Below are positions 1 through 9,411 of a DNA stretch of 64,000 nucleotides, piece by piece. The position numbers and the translations under genes were made by a program. Position 1 is the stretch's first letter. Each line of letters starts with the position of its first letter. Under the pieces are notes generated by a model. The model saw only the letters and a program-made list of their open reading frames with translations, was not told the DNA's origin and searched no databases. This DNA is from Actinomycetota bacterium (GTDB taxonomy: Bacteria; Actinomycetota; Actinomycetes; S36-B12): positions 18,216 to 82,215 of the forward strand of contig WLOK01000001.1 in assembly GCA_009699315.1 (NCBI GenBank), in the 5' to 3' direction.

Positions 1-1
1 G

Positions 2-1030
2 ATTCAGGCAGTGGGGGCACGTCGCCTCGTTCTTTCCTCCATTACCCAACGGCGAGGACAAGCAGCAACCATCCTGCGCATCACTTTCTGGTCGGCACTT
101 GTCGTCTGTGGCGCCACACTGGCGATCAGCCCACTTCTGCAGTGGTTGCTCCACATCAACGGGTGGCTTCCCGTCGCACTCACGGCCCTCGCACTGATTC
201 CTGTGACAGTTGCCGGCGCCCAATACGCCATCACCCAAGGGCGCGAAGACTTCGCGAGGCTTGCGACCATGTACGCCCTCGTCGGGCTAGGGAAGGCCGC
301 GGGGGGCATCGCGGGAGCATTGATCTGGGGAACGCTGTTAGGCGCCATGTGGGGGTTGACACTCGGGTCGATAACAACGCTGCTCATCGGTTTGGTCGTC
401 TTACGTCCCGTCGTCACCAGACCTGCGCAAGCGCTTCCCGGTTTTATTCAGGAGAGCTTGCACGCGACACACGCGTTGGGCGCGCTGTTCGTACTCACCA
501 ACGTAGACATAATCCTTGCGAGGGTGCTGCTTAGCCCGGACCAAGCCGGGCTGTATGCCGTGGGATCCATCGTGGCAAAAATCGCCTTCTGGCTACCTCA
601 ATTCGTAGGGGTTGTCGCATTTCCGCGGATGGCAGATCACCGACGTGATCGAGCCACGAAATTCGCGGTGGTCGCCGTTGGGGTGATGGGTACCGTCACG
701 GTTGCCTGCACAGCAATATTTTCCCCGAAGATCATTGGCGTTATTGGCGGAGCGGACTACGTCGCTCTCGGACCCATCCTCTGGCTCTTCGCGGCGGCAG
801 GGTCTATGTATGCGGTTGGCCAAGCAGTTCTCCTGAGCCGGATCGCCCAAGAGGACCGGCGCGCGGTGATTGCAGTGTGGATCGCCGCTGGCCTGCTGGG
901 TGCGATTGCACTCGTATGGGCGAGAAGCGTGACTGGGCTCGTTCTCTGCGCCTGTGCCGCGGGGGCTGCCCTCTGCGTCATCAGCCTCGTGATGCTTGTT
1001 CGCGAGAGCAGTTCAGCCCGCGACTATTGA
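2..1030 (+). CDS. Polysaccharide/oligosaccharide flippase-family membrane protein (MOP/Wzx-like), 3' portion; 5' end lies outside the window
   Basis: The frame is open from nt 2; the ORF track starts it at a GTG at 11. About 340 aa of back-to-back hydrophobic helices. The segment 'LLSPDQAGLYAVGSIVAKIAFWLPQFVGVVAFPRM' resembles the C-terminal half of MOP flippases as I remember them. Confidence 0.55.
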   Translation: MQAVGARRLVLSSITQRRGQAATILRITFWSALVVCGATLAISPLLQWLLHINGWLPVALTALALIPVTVAGAQYAITQGREDFARLATMYALVGLGKAAGGIAGALIWGTLLGAMWGLTLGSITTLLIGLVVLRPVVTRPAQALPGFIQESLHATHALGALFVLTNVDIILARVLLSPDQAGLYAVGSIVAKIAFWLPQFVGVVAFPRMADHRRDRATKFAVVAVGVMGTVTVACTAIFSPKIIGVIGGADYVALGPILWLFAAAGSMYAVGQAVLLSRIAQEDRRAVIAVWIAAGLLGAIALVWARSVTGLVLCACAAGAALCVISLVMLVRESSSARDY

Positions 1031-2463
1031 GCCGGCCAAGCTGATGGACGATAGATCGCGTCGTAGCCGCTCTCGCTGCCCATCGCCAGACGGATGGCAA
1101 CCCCGCCGGGATAGACGCCATTGCGCACCCACCTATTGAGTAGGTCAATCACGGCAACTCGTGATTGGTTGGTGAAGTTGCAGTGCCCTGCCCCATATGG
1201 AGCGCCTGAGCCCTCGGGGTAGGTCGATGGGGCCACCGTGAACAGCTGCACCAGACCGCCAGAAGCCTTATTGGCGGCGACTGCAGCGTCATACCGCTCT
1301 GCGAAGAGCGACTCGTTCTGGACGATCACGAGCGGATCCGACTTCGTATGCATCGTGATGGTGGGGTCCTGAATCTGCCCCGAGGGATTACCGCCAAGTT
1401 CGACAATCTTTTGCTGCGCCGCCGGATCCGGCGAGACTCGCGTGCCGCTTTGAATCAAGGCGATGATCGCATCGGCGGTTCCATCGCCCCCGACCGTGTT
1501 CAGTAGAGATTTCTCACTATCGCTGAAGCGGGCTGCGTAGTCGACACCTTCGTTACCCGAGAAATTCCCGCCAAATCGGGCTTCGGCTTCCTGCCGGCCG
1601 ACGGTTCCGTAGGCGATAGCCGTAAGTAGCGACTCCACGGTGGCCTTCACTGTGCTCTCAATAGATGCGCCGTCATAAGTTCGAGTCTGTGTTGGCGCAT
1701 CAGCCACCTGGCCCACTGCAAGGATTTTGGCAATAAGAGCCGTGTCGCCGCTTTTGGCATCCTCCACCACAGTGGACGCAGCACGAGTCCACTCAGCGAC
1801 CGCCTCTTCATAACTGGCGTAATTGGTCAGCTTGAGCTGGGGGTCAATCAGCATCTTGAACGCATAGGCAAGGTCTAGTGCGATGTTGAAGTTCGCTTCG
1901 GCGCCACCTACAACTCCACACAAGGGTGCGACACCATCGATCCAATCTGTGTGCTTCTCCGCGAGTGTCTGTGTGACGAGGCCGCCCAGCGAGTCTCCCC
2001 AGACATACACACGCTTCGGCGTGCCTACATTTGCCGCGAAGAAGTCATGAAGTTGTTCACCCGCCTTTACGCCGTCCGCCACAGCCCAGCCGTTCGAACT
2101 GTAAGAGGATCCGGCGAGGGCATAGCCTTGCGAAAGTAAGGAGTTTCCGAGGTCCTTTGTCCCATCGTTCCATCCGGGCACGGGATCGGCAGAGGTGTCA
2201 ACGGGGCTGAAGTCGGGCGGAAACGGCTGAGCCGGACGGTAACCATGTGAGTAGATGAGCAAGGTGCCATTCCACTGCTCAGGCATCAGAATTTCGTATG
2301 CTGCACCCTCAATCGTGCCAGTGCAGGCGACCTGGTCACAGTTTGCGAAGGGGATGTCATTGCTCTGATCTCGCACCGGATCAGCGGCAGTAGAACTACA
2401 GGCGGCCAAGACGGCGACGGAGAGAGCGATGAGGGCGGCGGGAAGCACCTTGCGCGGGGTCAT
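1024..2463 (-). CDS. Secreted lipoprotein with alpha/beta-hydrolase fold (esterase/lipase-like)
   Basis: The N-terminus 'MTPRKVLPAALIALSVAVLAAC' is a signal peptide plus lipobox. 'VWGDSLGG' is a GxSxG nucleophile elbow. ATG at 2461-2463. The 3' end overlaps the convergent flippase gene by 7 nt. Confidence 0.6.
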   Translation of the reverse strand: MTPRKVLPAALIALSVAVLAACSSTAADPVRDQSNDIPFANCDQVACTGTIEGAAYEILMPEQWNGTLLIYSHGYRPAQPFPPDFSPVDTSADPVPGWNDGTKDLGNSLLSQGYALAGSSYSSNGWAVADGVKAGEQLHDFFAANVGTPKRVYVWGDSLGGLVTQTLAEKHTDWIDGVAPLCGVVGGAEANFNIALDLAYAFKMLIDPQLKLTNYASYEEAVAEWTRAASTVVEDAKSGDTALIAKILAVGQVADAPTQTRTYDGASIESTVKATVESLLTAIAYGTVGRQEAEARFGGNFSGNEGVDYAARFSDSEKSLLNTVGGDGTADAIIALIQSGTRVSPDPAAQQKIVELGGNPSGQIQDPTITMHTKSDPLVIVQNESLFAERYDAAVAANKASGGLVQLFTVAPSTYPEGSGAPYGAGHCNFTNQSRVAVIDLLNRWVRNGVYPGGVAIRLAMGSESGYDAIYRPSAWPAQ

Positions 2464-2505
2464 GCCGAAAGTGTCGCAGAGGATTGCTGATTTTGCCGCT
2501 CATTT

Positions 2506-5169
2506 CTAGTGCCCGGCCGACTCCCACGTGGTTCCGACGCCGACACTCACGCTCAGCGGTACGAGGAGGTTGGCCGCCCCCTCCATGCACGTGACGACCA
2601 CATCGCGAACCTCGTCCAACTCACCGGCTGCGACTTCCACCACGAGTTCGTCGTGGACCTGGAGCAACATTCGAGAGTTGAGCCCCCGCGCCTCGATCCC
2701 GCGCTCGACATCAAGCATGGCAACTTTGATGACATCAGCCGCAGAACCTTGGATCGGGGCGTTGAGAGCCATCCGTTCGGCCATGTCTCGGCGCTGGCGG
2801 TTATCGCTTGTCAGGTCGGGCAGATAGCGTCGGCGACCGAGGAGGGTCTGTGTGTATCCCGTCTTGCGAGCCTCAGCCACAGCCGCTTCCAAGAAATCTC
2901 GAACCCCACCGAAGCGCCCGAAATAGTCGTCCATGAGTCGTCGCGCTTCGTCCGGGCTGCTCCCGAGTTGCTGGGCGAGGCCGTATGCCGACAGCCCGTA
3001 GGCGAGGCCATAGGACATCGCCTTGATTCGTCGCCGCATCTCAGCATCAACAGAATCGGCCGTGACCCCAAAAACGCGGCTGGCCATGGTGGTGTGCAGA
3101 TCTTCACCTTCATCAAAAGCTGCGATGAGCCCGGCATCCTGAGACATGTGGGCCATGATGCGCAATTCGATTTGACTGTAGTCAGCTGTCAGCAGAGTCT
3201 CGTATCCCTCGCCCACGACGAAACAATCTCGAATGCGACGGCCAGTCTCCGTGCGAATGGGGATGTTCTGCAGATTGGGGTCAGTGGACGATAGCCGACC
3301 GGTTGCAGCCACCATTTGATTGAACGTGGTGTGAATTCGTCCATGGGCATCCGCAAGTGGCAAGAGCCCATCGACCGTCTGGGTCATGCGGTTCCAGTCA
3401 CGCCATCGCAGAATCGCTTCGAGAAGCGGATGACCCGTACGTTCGAGGAGACCAGTTAGGGCTTCAGCGTCAGTCGTAAAGCCCGTCTTGATCTTCTTGG
3501 TTTTGGGTAAACCCAGTTCTACGAACAAGATCTCTTGCAACTGCTTGGGAGAGCCGAGATTGAAATCCTTGCCGGCGATGCCACGCGCGTCTCTCTGAGC
3601 ATCAGCGGCCTTTTCGGCGAACTCCTTGGTGAGCGACTCCAATGCCATGCAATTGACAGCAATGCCGCGGACCTCCATGGCAGCAAGCACTGTCACGAGC
3701 GGAAGTTCCACATCGTGAAGCAACGAGGTCCCACTACTCTCAGCGACACGTGTACGCAGCAAGACAGCGAGTTCCGCTGTCGCTTGGGCCCTTGAGCCGA
3801 CCACAGCGCTGTCCATTCCGCCTATCCCGAGTTCGAGTTGGCCACTCGGTGTGGCGCTCCCCAGGGTGCGGCCCAGCAGCCGTTGAGCAACATCTTCCAG
3901 ATCAGTCCGCTGTCCAGGGGCCACCAAATAGGCAGCAAGTGCCGTATCTAGATCGAGTCCACGAAGGGACACGCCTTTGGCGCGGAGCGCCAGGATGGGA
4001 CCTTTGGCATCGTGCACACACTTGAGAGCTCGATCATCACTCAGCCAATCGGTCAAAGCCGACCAGGACTCCTTGTCTACAACACTGAGATCAATAGCTG
4101 CCAGCGCACCACCAGCCGAGCTCAGCCCCAACGCAGTGAGTGACCCGGTGCCCCTCCCCCACGATCCCTCGAACGCAACAGCAGTGAGACCGGTCGCGTG
4201 TCGGGCGATCCAATCGCGTATGGCTGGAGCCCCAACTAGGACAACGCAGTCGACAGGTGCGGCCGGCACTTCTACTTCGCGGGTGGCGGTGGGCTGAGAA
4301 GCAAGGAGCCTGTCTCTCAACGTCTTGAACTCAAGGGAATCAAAGAGCTCGCGCACGCGAGGCTCATCCAGGGGCTTGATGTCGAACGAGTCGATGTCGA
4401 CACCCAAGGGGACGTCCTTGATCAGTTGAGTCAGATCACGATTAAGAAGGACTTGAGCCACATTGGCGCGCAACGATTCGCCGACTTTCCCACTGACCTC
4501 ATCTGCGCGGTCGATCAGATCACCGAGGCTGCCGAATTCCTGAATCCACTTGGTGGCCGTCTTCTCGCCTACGCCCGGAATTCCTGGAAGGTTGTCACTG
4601 GGATCTCCACGGAGTGCTGCGAAGTCTGGGTACTGCCCTGGCGTCAACCCATACTTCTCTTCAATCGCTGCAGGATTCATGCGAGCCAGATCGGACACGC
4701 CCTTGCGGGGATACAGGACGGTCGTGTGGTCATCAACCAACTGGAACGTGTCTCGATCGCCCGTCAAAATGTAGACATCAAAGTTCTGCTCGCGCGCCTG
4801 CGTCGCAAGTGTCGCGATGATGTCGTCTGCCTCGTAGCCCTCCCTAGATAGGGCCGTGATGCCCATCGCAGCCAGAACCTCACGCAGGAGATCGACTTGG
4901 CCCTTAAACTCCAGCGGAGAGGCACTACGCGTCGCCTTGTATTCCGGAAATTTTTCGGTTCGGAACGTCTGTCTCGAAACATCGAAAGCCACAGCGACGT
5001 GTGTAGGCTTTTCGTCGCGCAACGTATTGATGAGCATCGACGTGAAACCGTAGACCGCATTGGTCGGCTGGCCCGTCGACGTACTGAAGTTGTCCACCGG
5101 TAGCGCAAAGAAGGCTCGGTAGGCCAACGAATGACCATCCAGCAGCAACAAGCGCTTTTCCGAGGACAT
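2506..5169 (-). CDS. polA: DNA polymerase I
   Basis: 887 aa. The 5'-nuclease N-terminus is 'LLLLDGHSLAYRAFFAL'. The polymerase motifs 'DYSQIELR' and 'QVHDELV' are present. Confidence 0.97.
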   Translation of the reverse strand: MSSEKRLLLLDGHSLAYRAFFALPVDNFSTSTGQPTNAVYGFTSMLINTLRDEKPTHVAVAFDVSRQTFRTEKFPEYKATRSASPLEFKGQVDLLREVLAAMGITALSREGYEADDIIATLATQAREQNFDVYILTGDRDTFQLVDDHTTVLYPRKGVSDLARMNPAAIEEKYGLTPGQYPDFAALRGDPSDNLPGIPGVGEKTATKWIQEFGSLGDLIDRADEVSGKVGESLRANVAQVLLNRDLTQLIKDVPLGVDIDSFDIKPLDEPRVRELFDSLEFKTLRDRLLASQPTATREVEVPAAPVDCVVLVGAPAIRDWIARHATGLTAVAFEGSWGRGTGSLTALGLSSAGGALAAIDLSVVDKESWSALTDWLSDDRALKCVHDAKGPILALRAKGVSLRGLDLDTALAAYLVAPGQRTDLEDVAQRLLGRTLGSATPSGQLELGIGGMDSAVVGSRAQATAELAVLLRTRVAESSGTSLLHDVELPLVTVLAAMEVRGIAVNCMALESLTKEFAEKAADAQRDARGIAGKDFNLGSPKQLQEILFVELGLPKTKKIKTGFTTDAEALTGLLERTGHPLLEAILRWRDWNRMTQTVDGLLPLADAHGRIHTTFNQMVAATGRLSSTDPNLQNIPIRTETGRRIRDCFVVGEGYETLLTADYSQIELRIMAHMSQDAGLIAAFDEGEDLHTTMASRVFGVTADSVDAEMRRRIKAMSYGLAYGLSAYGLAQQLGSSPDEARRLMDDYFGRFGGVRDFLEAAVAEARKTGYTQTLLGRRRYLPDLTSDNRQRRDMAERMALNAPIQGSAADVIKVAMLDVERGIEARGLNSRMLLQVHDELVVEVAAGELDEVRDVVVTCMEGAANLLVPLSVSVGVGTTWESAGH

Positions 5170-5218
5170 GAGGCGATCCTACGGTGACGCTAGGAGAACC
5201 TCGGACTAGTCTGACCAT

Positions 5219-5650
5219 GTGAGTGACGACACCCCGAACTATGCAGAGATTCTTGCAACCTTCAAGGGAATGACCAGCGGCACCCTTGACGAGCGCATGG
5301 GCATCGAGATCACACATGGCGAACCCGACCGCGTGACCGGGCGCATGCCGGTCGCGGGCAATGTACAGATTCTCGGTCTCCTGCACGGTGGCGCGAGCGG
5401 TGTCCTCGCCGAGTCTCTCGGGTCTATCGCGTCAGCGCTGTATGCGGCACCTGACCGAATCGCGCTGGGAATCGAGCTGTCGTGCAGTCATCACCGCTCC
5501 GCAAAAGCGGGCTATGTGTACGGCGTCGCAACTCCTCTGGCACGAAGCCGCTCGCTGACGACCTATCAGATCATCATCAGTGACGAGGAAGATAACCGGA
5601 TCTGCACCGCGCGGTTGACGTGCATGCTTAAGCCGTATCTCAAGGACTAA
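5219..5650 (+). CDS. PaaI/hotdog-fold thioesterase
   Basis: 143 aa. 'GLLHGGASGVLAESLGS' is typical of PaaI/DHNA-CoA thioesterase-type hotdog proteins. GTG start, divergent from polA. Confidence 0.75.
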   Translation: MSDDTPNYAEILATFKGMTSGTLDERMGIEITHGEPDRVTGRMPVAGNVQILGLLHGGASGVLAESLGSIASALYAAPDRIALGIELSCSHHRSAKAGYVYGVATPLARSRSLTTYQIIISDEEDNRICTARLTCMLKPYLKD

Positions 5651-6194
5651 CGGCGCCTGGCTGTGCTGATGCCCGACGGGCCGCTGATCGTGCTCTGAGT
5701 CGAGCCATCCGACCGCCGGGAGCGGCATCCAAACGGCGCTTGAGCGACGCTGATGACATCACCCTGCGAGTGACCACGGGGGCAAACCCGACTCGGGCGA
5801 AGAACCTATTGGCCTCCCGCATTGTTGGAGGCACATCTACAGCGACTGACTCCACCCCGGTAGCCAGTGCAAATTCCGCCGCTACTTCGAGCAGGGCATT
5901 GCCCACTCCCTTGTGCTGGGCAGAGTGAGTGACGTGCAGAACGGTCATCACTAAGACTCGGCCAGTCCAAGCGCCGGTGTCTTGTATCGCTAGCGCGATC
6001 ATTCCCACCGGAGTCCTATCGATGGAAGCCACGTACGTGGCATCTGCCTCCAGCCAACTGCGCTCCCACCGGCTCCGCGCACGATCCACCCCGGACTGGG
6101 AGCCGGGGCCCACTAGCGCCAATTCAAGCCAGAGCGGATCCAGCTCCGCGAAATCCGCAGGAACGGCCGGGCGTACAACGACGTTGCGTGCCAT
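5640..6194 (-). CDS. GNAT family N-acetyltransferase
   Basis: 184 aa. 'QHKGVGNALLEVAAEFA' is a GNAT motif A (Q/RxxGxG/A), followed by the 'N..A..FFARVGF' C-terminal pattern. Confidence 0.8.
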   Translation of the reverse strand: MARNVVVRPAVPADFAELDPLWLELALVGPGSQSGVDRARSRWERSWLEADATYVASIDRTPVGMIALAIQDTGAWTGRVLVMTVLHVTHSAQHKGVGNALLEVAAEFALATGVESVAVDVPPTMREANRFFARVGFAPVVTRRVMSSASLKRRLDAAPGGRMARLRARSAARRASAQPGAVSP

Positions 6195-6229
6195 CCGCTG
6201 CTCCTCCTCACCGCCAATGACTCGTGAGG

Positions 6230-6799
6230 CTACCGGAGAATCTCGGCCGCCACATCAGCCATGGACTTTCTGCCGTCCATAGCCAGCCGCTGTAGGTGCC
6301 GAAAGGCCTCGGCCTCGGTCATCCCTTGGGCTTGGAGTGCCGCTTTCGCCCGATCGATGAAGGTCCGGGCAGCGAGGCGGCCCTGCAGATCACTGGCTCT
6401 CATCTCGGCGCCTTTGCGCTCAGCCCATCGAGCCCGGGCAATCTCAATGGCGGGGCTGAGATCAGACTGACTAAACGGCTTCACGACGTAGCCCATGACG
6501 CCCACTTCAGCAGCTCGATCGACGAGGGCGCGTTGACTAAACGCCGTCAACATCACCACGGGGGCCACATCGGCCTCTCGAATGCGTTCCGCGGCGGCGA
6601 GTCCATCCATGACGGGCATCTTCATGTCGAGGAGGACCACGTCGGGGCGTAGTTCCAACGCGAGTCGAACCGCCTCGGCGCCGTCGCCAGCCTGCCCCAC
6701 GACGACATAGCCTTCCTCGGCCAGCATTTCGACGAGATCCATGCGGATCAGAGCCTCATCCTCGCCCACGACGACGGTTACTTCATGTTGAGAACCCAC
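6230..6799 (-). CDS. pdtaR: Response regulator with ANTAR RNA-binding output domain (PdtaR-like)
   Basis: 189 aa. The receiver domain shows 'VVVGEDEALIRMDL...DVVLLDMKMP'. The C-terminal ANTAR helix region is 'FIDRAKAALQAQGMTEAEAFRHLQRLAMDGRKSMADVAAEIL'. Confidence 0.85.
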   Translation of the reverse strand: MGSQHEVTVVVGEDEALIRMDLVEMLAEEGYVVVGQAGDGAEAVRLALELRPDVVLLDMKMPVMDGLAAAERIREADVAPVVMLTAFSQRALVDRAAEVGVMGYVVKPFSQSDLSPAIEIARARWAERKGAEMRASDLQGRLAARTFIDRAKAALQAQGMTEAEAFRHLQRLAMDGRKSMADVAAEILR

Positions 6800-6839
6800 A
6801 GCACGACTCTAGTGGCCGACGGGTTAGGCTGGCGCCCGC

Positions 6840-6913
6840 GCCCTGGTAGCCCAACCGGCAGAGGCAGTGGTCTCAAACACCATCCAGTGTGGGTTCAAAT
6901 CCCACCCAGGGCA
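6840..6913 (+). tRNA. tRNA with anticodon CAA (Leu by anticodon) but class I geometry (5-nt variable loop); 74 nt, CCA not encoded
   Basis: Manual cloverleaf. The acceptor stem is GCCCTGG/CCAGGGC and U8 is present. The D arm is GCC../..GGC with GG in the loop. The anticodon stem is GTGGT/ACCAT and the loop is CTCAAAC. The variable loop is CCAGT. The T arm is GTGGG-TTCAAAT-CCCAC and the discriminator is A. I am confident it is a tRNA gene; the isotype is uncertain (see findings). Confidence 0.7.
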
Positions 6914-6938
6914 CTCCTAAGTACCGAGTCCCAGCGCA

Positions 6939-7358
6939 CTAAACGACGGTCGGCTTTATCTCCACAATCCGAGCCAGAAGTCCGTTCACGAAACTTGGCG
7001 ACTCATCCGTAGACAGATTCGACACCAACTCCACCGCTTCGGCAATCGCGACACCATCGGGCACGTCATCTGCCCAGATGATCTCGAACGTCCCGATGCG
7101 CAGTGCCGCACGATCGACTGCCGGCATGCGCTCGATGGTCCATCCCATTGAATATGTGGCAAGCAACTCGTCGATGTGTTCCTGATGAGCCACAACACCT
7201 TCGACAAGAGCCCGAACAAGTGGGTTGAGTTCAGGATCGTGCGTCGCCGCACGCCGAGACTCTTCTTCGCTTAGAGCGACGAGGGGCGCAACGGCCCGAA
7301 GATCTGCTTGGTACAAAATATCCAAGGCGCGTTTGCGGGCCTTGCTACGAGCAGACAC
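6939..7358 (-). CDS. nusB: Transcription antitermination factor NusB
   Basis: 139 aa. 'SARSKARKRALDILYQADL' is a typical NusB N-terminus. It lies directly downstream of efp with no gap. Confidence 0.93.
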   Translation of the reverse strand: MSARSKARKRALDILYQADLRAVAPLVALSEEESRRAATHDPELNPLVRALVEGVVAHQEHIDELLATYSMGWTIERMPAVDRAALRIGTFEIIWADDVPDGVAIAEAVELVSNLSTDESPSFVNGLLARIVEIKPTVV

Positions 7359-7919
7359 CTAGTTGACGCGGCCGAGGTACGAACCGTCGCGGGTGTCCAC
7401 GCGACATAAAGTGCCTTGCTCGATGAAGAGCGGCACTTGGATCTCGGCACCAGTCTCCAGCGTTGCCGGCTTCGAACCGCCAGTCGATCGGTCTCCTTGC
7501 ACACCGGGCTCGGTGTACGTGATGGTCAACTCCACGCTCGCAGGGAGTTCGACGTAGAGCGGCAGCCCTTCGTGAACGGCGACGACCGCCTTCTGGTTCT
7601 CCAGCAGGTACTTTGCGCCATCGCCCACCGTCGCCGAATTGACACTGGTCTGCTCATAGGACTGCGTGTCCATGAAGACCCAATCATCGCCATCGCGATA
7701 GAGGTACTGCATATCGCGTTTGTCGACACTTGCGGTTTCCACCTTCAGCCCGGCGTTGAAGGTCTTATCGACCACCTTGCCGGAAAGAACATGCTTGAGT
7801 TTGGTGCGCACGAAGGCCGGACCCTTGCCGGGCTTTACGTGCTGGAACTCCACTACGGTCCACAACTGTCCGTCGATGTTCAGCACGATGCCGTTTTTGA
7901 GGTCATTCGTCGTTGCCAC
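7359..7919 (-). CDS. efp: Elongation factor P
   Basis: 186 aa. '[39 protein letters not shown]' is a canonical EF-P N-terminus. Confidence 0.97.
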   Translation of the reverse strand: MATTNDLKNGIVLNIDGQLWTVVEFQHVKPGKGPAFVRTKLKHVLSGKVVDKTFNAGLKVETASVDKRDMQYLYRDGDDWVFMDTQSYEQTSVNSATVGDGAKYLLENQKAVVAVHEGLPLYVELPASVELTITYTEPGVQGDRSTGGSKPATLETGAEIQVPLFIEQGTLCRVDTRDGSYLGRVN

Positions 7920-7933
7920 GCCGATCCCTTCGT

Positions 7934-8986
7934 CTAGAGCACGAGGAGTTCACGGGGAAGTCGCGTCAACGACTCGCTCCCGCTCTCGGCCACCCACATG
8001 GTGTCCTCAATCCGGACGCCACCCCGACCGGGTAGGTAAATACCTGGCTCGATGGTGACCGGAACTCCGGCGTGCAGAATACCGGTGCTGCGAGCGCCCA
8101 GCATCGGCGCCTCATGGATCTCGAGGCCCACCCCATGCCCGAGACCGTGTGGGTAGTAGTCGGCGTATCCGGCAGCAACTATGACTCCACGGGAAGCCTC
8201 GTCAATGGACTTCAGGTTCACACCGCTACTGAGGGCTTCCCGGCCGCGAGCCTGAGCCTGCGCAACCACTGCATGAATCTCCGACTGCCAGTCGGCCGCC
8301 GCACCCATGACAAAGGTACGAGTCTGATCAGCGTGATAGCCCGCTACGCGGGCGCCGAAGTCGATTTTGAGCAAGTCACCGGTGGCCAGCGGACGGTCGG
8401 TTGGCTGATGATGCGGAATAGCCGAATGTGGACCCCCCGCAACTATGGACTCAAACGCTAGACCTTCGGCACCACGTTCAAGCATCTCTCGCTCAAGCGC
8501 GCGGGCAATCTCGCGTTCGGTCATTCCCACATGAATTCTTGGGAGAAGTGATTCAAGCGCTTCATCACTGATCTGGCACGCCTCACGAATGAACGACTCT
8601 TCTCCTGCGTCCTTGACGACGCGCACACCTTCCACCCATCCGCTCACGGGAAGAGTCTTGGCGCGTTCGGCAATAATCGCGTGCTGATTCACCGTGACGT
8701 GATCACCCTCGATCGCAACGCGCCCCAGTGCCTGCGCCGCCAGCCCACGTACGGTGTCGCGGTCTACTACAAGCTCGACGTCCACACACTCCTCGTCACA
8801 CTGAGTGACGTAGCGGCCATCAGTGCCGAGATAGAAGGCATCGGCGGTTAACAGTCCGATTCCATTGCTGCCGCTAAATCCGCACAAATACCGAACGTTG
8901 GCGGGATGTGCGATCCAGAAGGAGTCGACCCCTGCTTCTGCCATGCGCCTGCGCACGGCATCCCGACGGCGGGAGAAATCGGTCAT
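7934..8986 (-). CDS. pepQ: M24B Xaa-Pro aminopeptidase/dipeptidase
   Basis: M24 metal-ligand motifs '[13 protein letters not shown]' and 'EPGIY' are present. I placed the start at the ATG at 8984-8986 ('[11 protein letters not shown]'), 2 nt after the aroQ stop. The 54-codon upstream extension in the ORF track would overlap aroQ. Confidence 0.88.
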   Translation of the reverse strand: MTDFSRRRDAVRRRMAEAGVDSFWIAHPANVRYLCGFSGSNGIGLLTADAFYLGTDGRYVTQCDEECVDVELVVDRDTVRGLAAQALGRVAIEGDHVTVNQHAIIAERAKTLPVSGWVEGVRVVKDAGEESFIREACQISDEALESLLPRIHVGMTEREIARALEREMLERGAEGLAFESIVAGGPHSAIPHHQPTDRPLATGDLLKIDFGARVAGYHADQTRTFVMGAAADWQSEIHAVVAQAQARGREALSSGVNLKSIDEASRGVIVAAGYADYYPHGLGHGVGLEIHEAPMLGARSTGILHAGVPVTIEPGIYLPGRGGVRIEDTMWVAESGSESLTRLPRELLVL

Positions 8987-8988
8987 GA

Positions 8989-9411
8989 CTACGCCAATGC
9001 GCGAAGGGCTAGCACGTACGACTGTAGGCCGAACCCGGCGATGGTCCCTTGAGCAACAGCAGAGATGACCGATGTGTGCCGGAACTCCTCCCGTGCAGCA
9101 GGATTGCTGATGTGGACTTCTATGAGGGCGGCCGTTAAAGCTGCGCAAGCGTCTCGTACGGCGTATGAGTAGTGCGTGAATGCCGCAGGATTGAGAACGA
9201 CGGGCACACCGCGATCCGCAGCCTCATGTAGCCAATGGATCAGCTCTGCCTCATCATCAGTTTGGCGAACTTCGACACTCAATCCAAGTTCGGCGCCAGT
9301 CTGTGCGCACAACGATTCGAGGTCAGCAAAGGTTGCATGCCCATAGATTTCGGGCTCTCGTGTGCCCAGTCGGCCAAGATTCGGCCCATTAAGAACGAGT
9401 ACTTCACTCAC
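8989..9411 (-). CDS. aroQ: 3-dehydroquinate dehydratase, type II
   Basis: 140 aa. '[21 protein letters not shown]' and '[15 protein letters not shown]' are type II DHQase signatures. Confidence 0.95.
   Translation of the reverse strand: MSEVLVLNGPNLGRLGTREPEIYGHATFADLESLCAQTGAELGLSVEVRQTDDEAELIHWLHEAADRGVPVVLNPAAFTHYSYAVRDACAALTAALIEVHISNPAAREEFRHTSVISAVAQGTIAGFGLQSYVLALRALA

Noticed and set aside
6840-6913. Reading the tRNA on the minus strand, where the anticodon loop would be GTTTGAG (anticodon TTG, Gln)
   Set aside because: The canonical GGTTCAAATCC T arm and the GG-containing D loop occur only in the + orientation. On the minus strand the D-arm position would be a 5-bp stem with a TTTGAA loop, and there would be no T-loop consensus.
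8987-9148. Upstream extensions of ORF-track ORFs (pepQ here; likewise alaS 17268-17324, rarA 18861-18962, hisS 21927-22055, ruvA 32057-32119, pimA 39208-39264, aroK 11012-11155 and the acyltransferase 40110-40295)
   Set aside because: Each extension overlaps the 3' end of the upstream gene and has an atypical Arg/Cys/Ser-rich sequence. In each case a start codon coupled to the upstream stop (ATGA, GTGA or a 1-2 nt gap) begins the conserved N-terminus.
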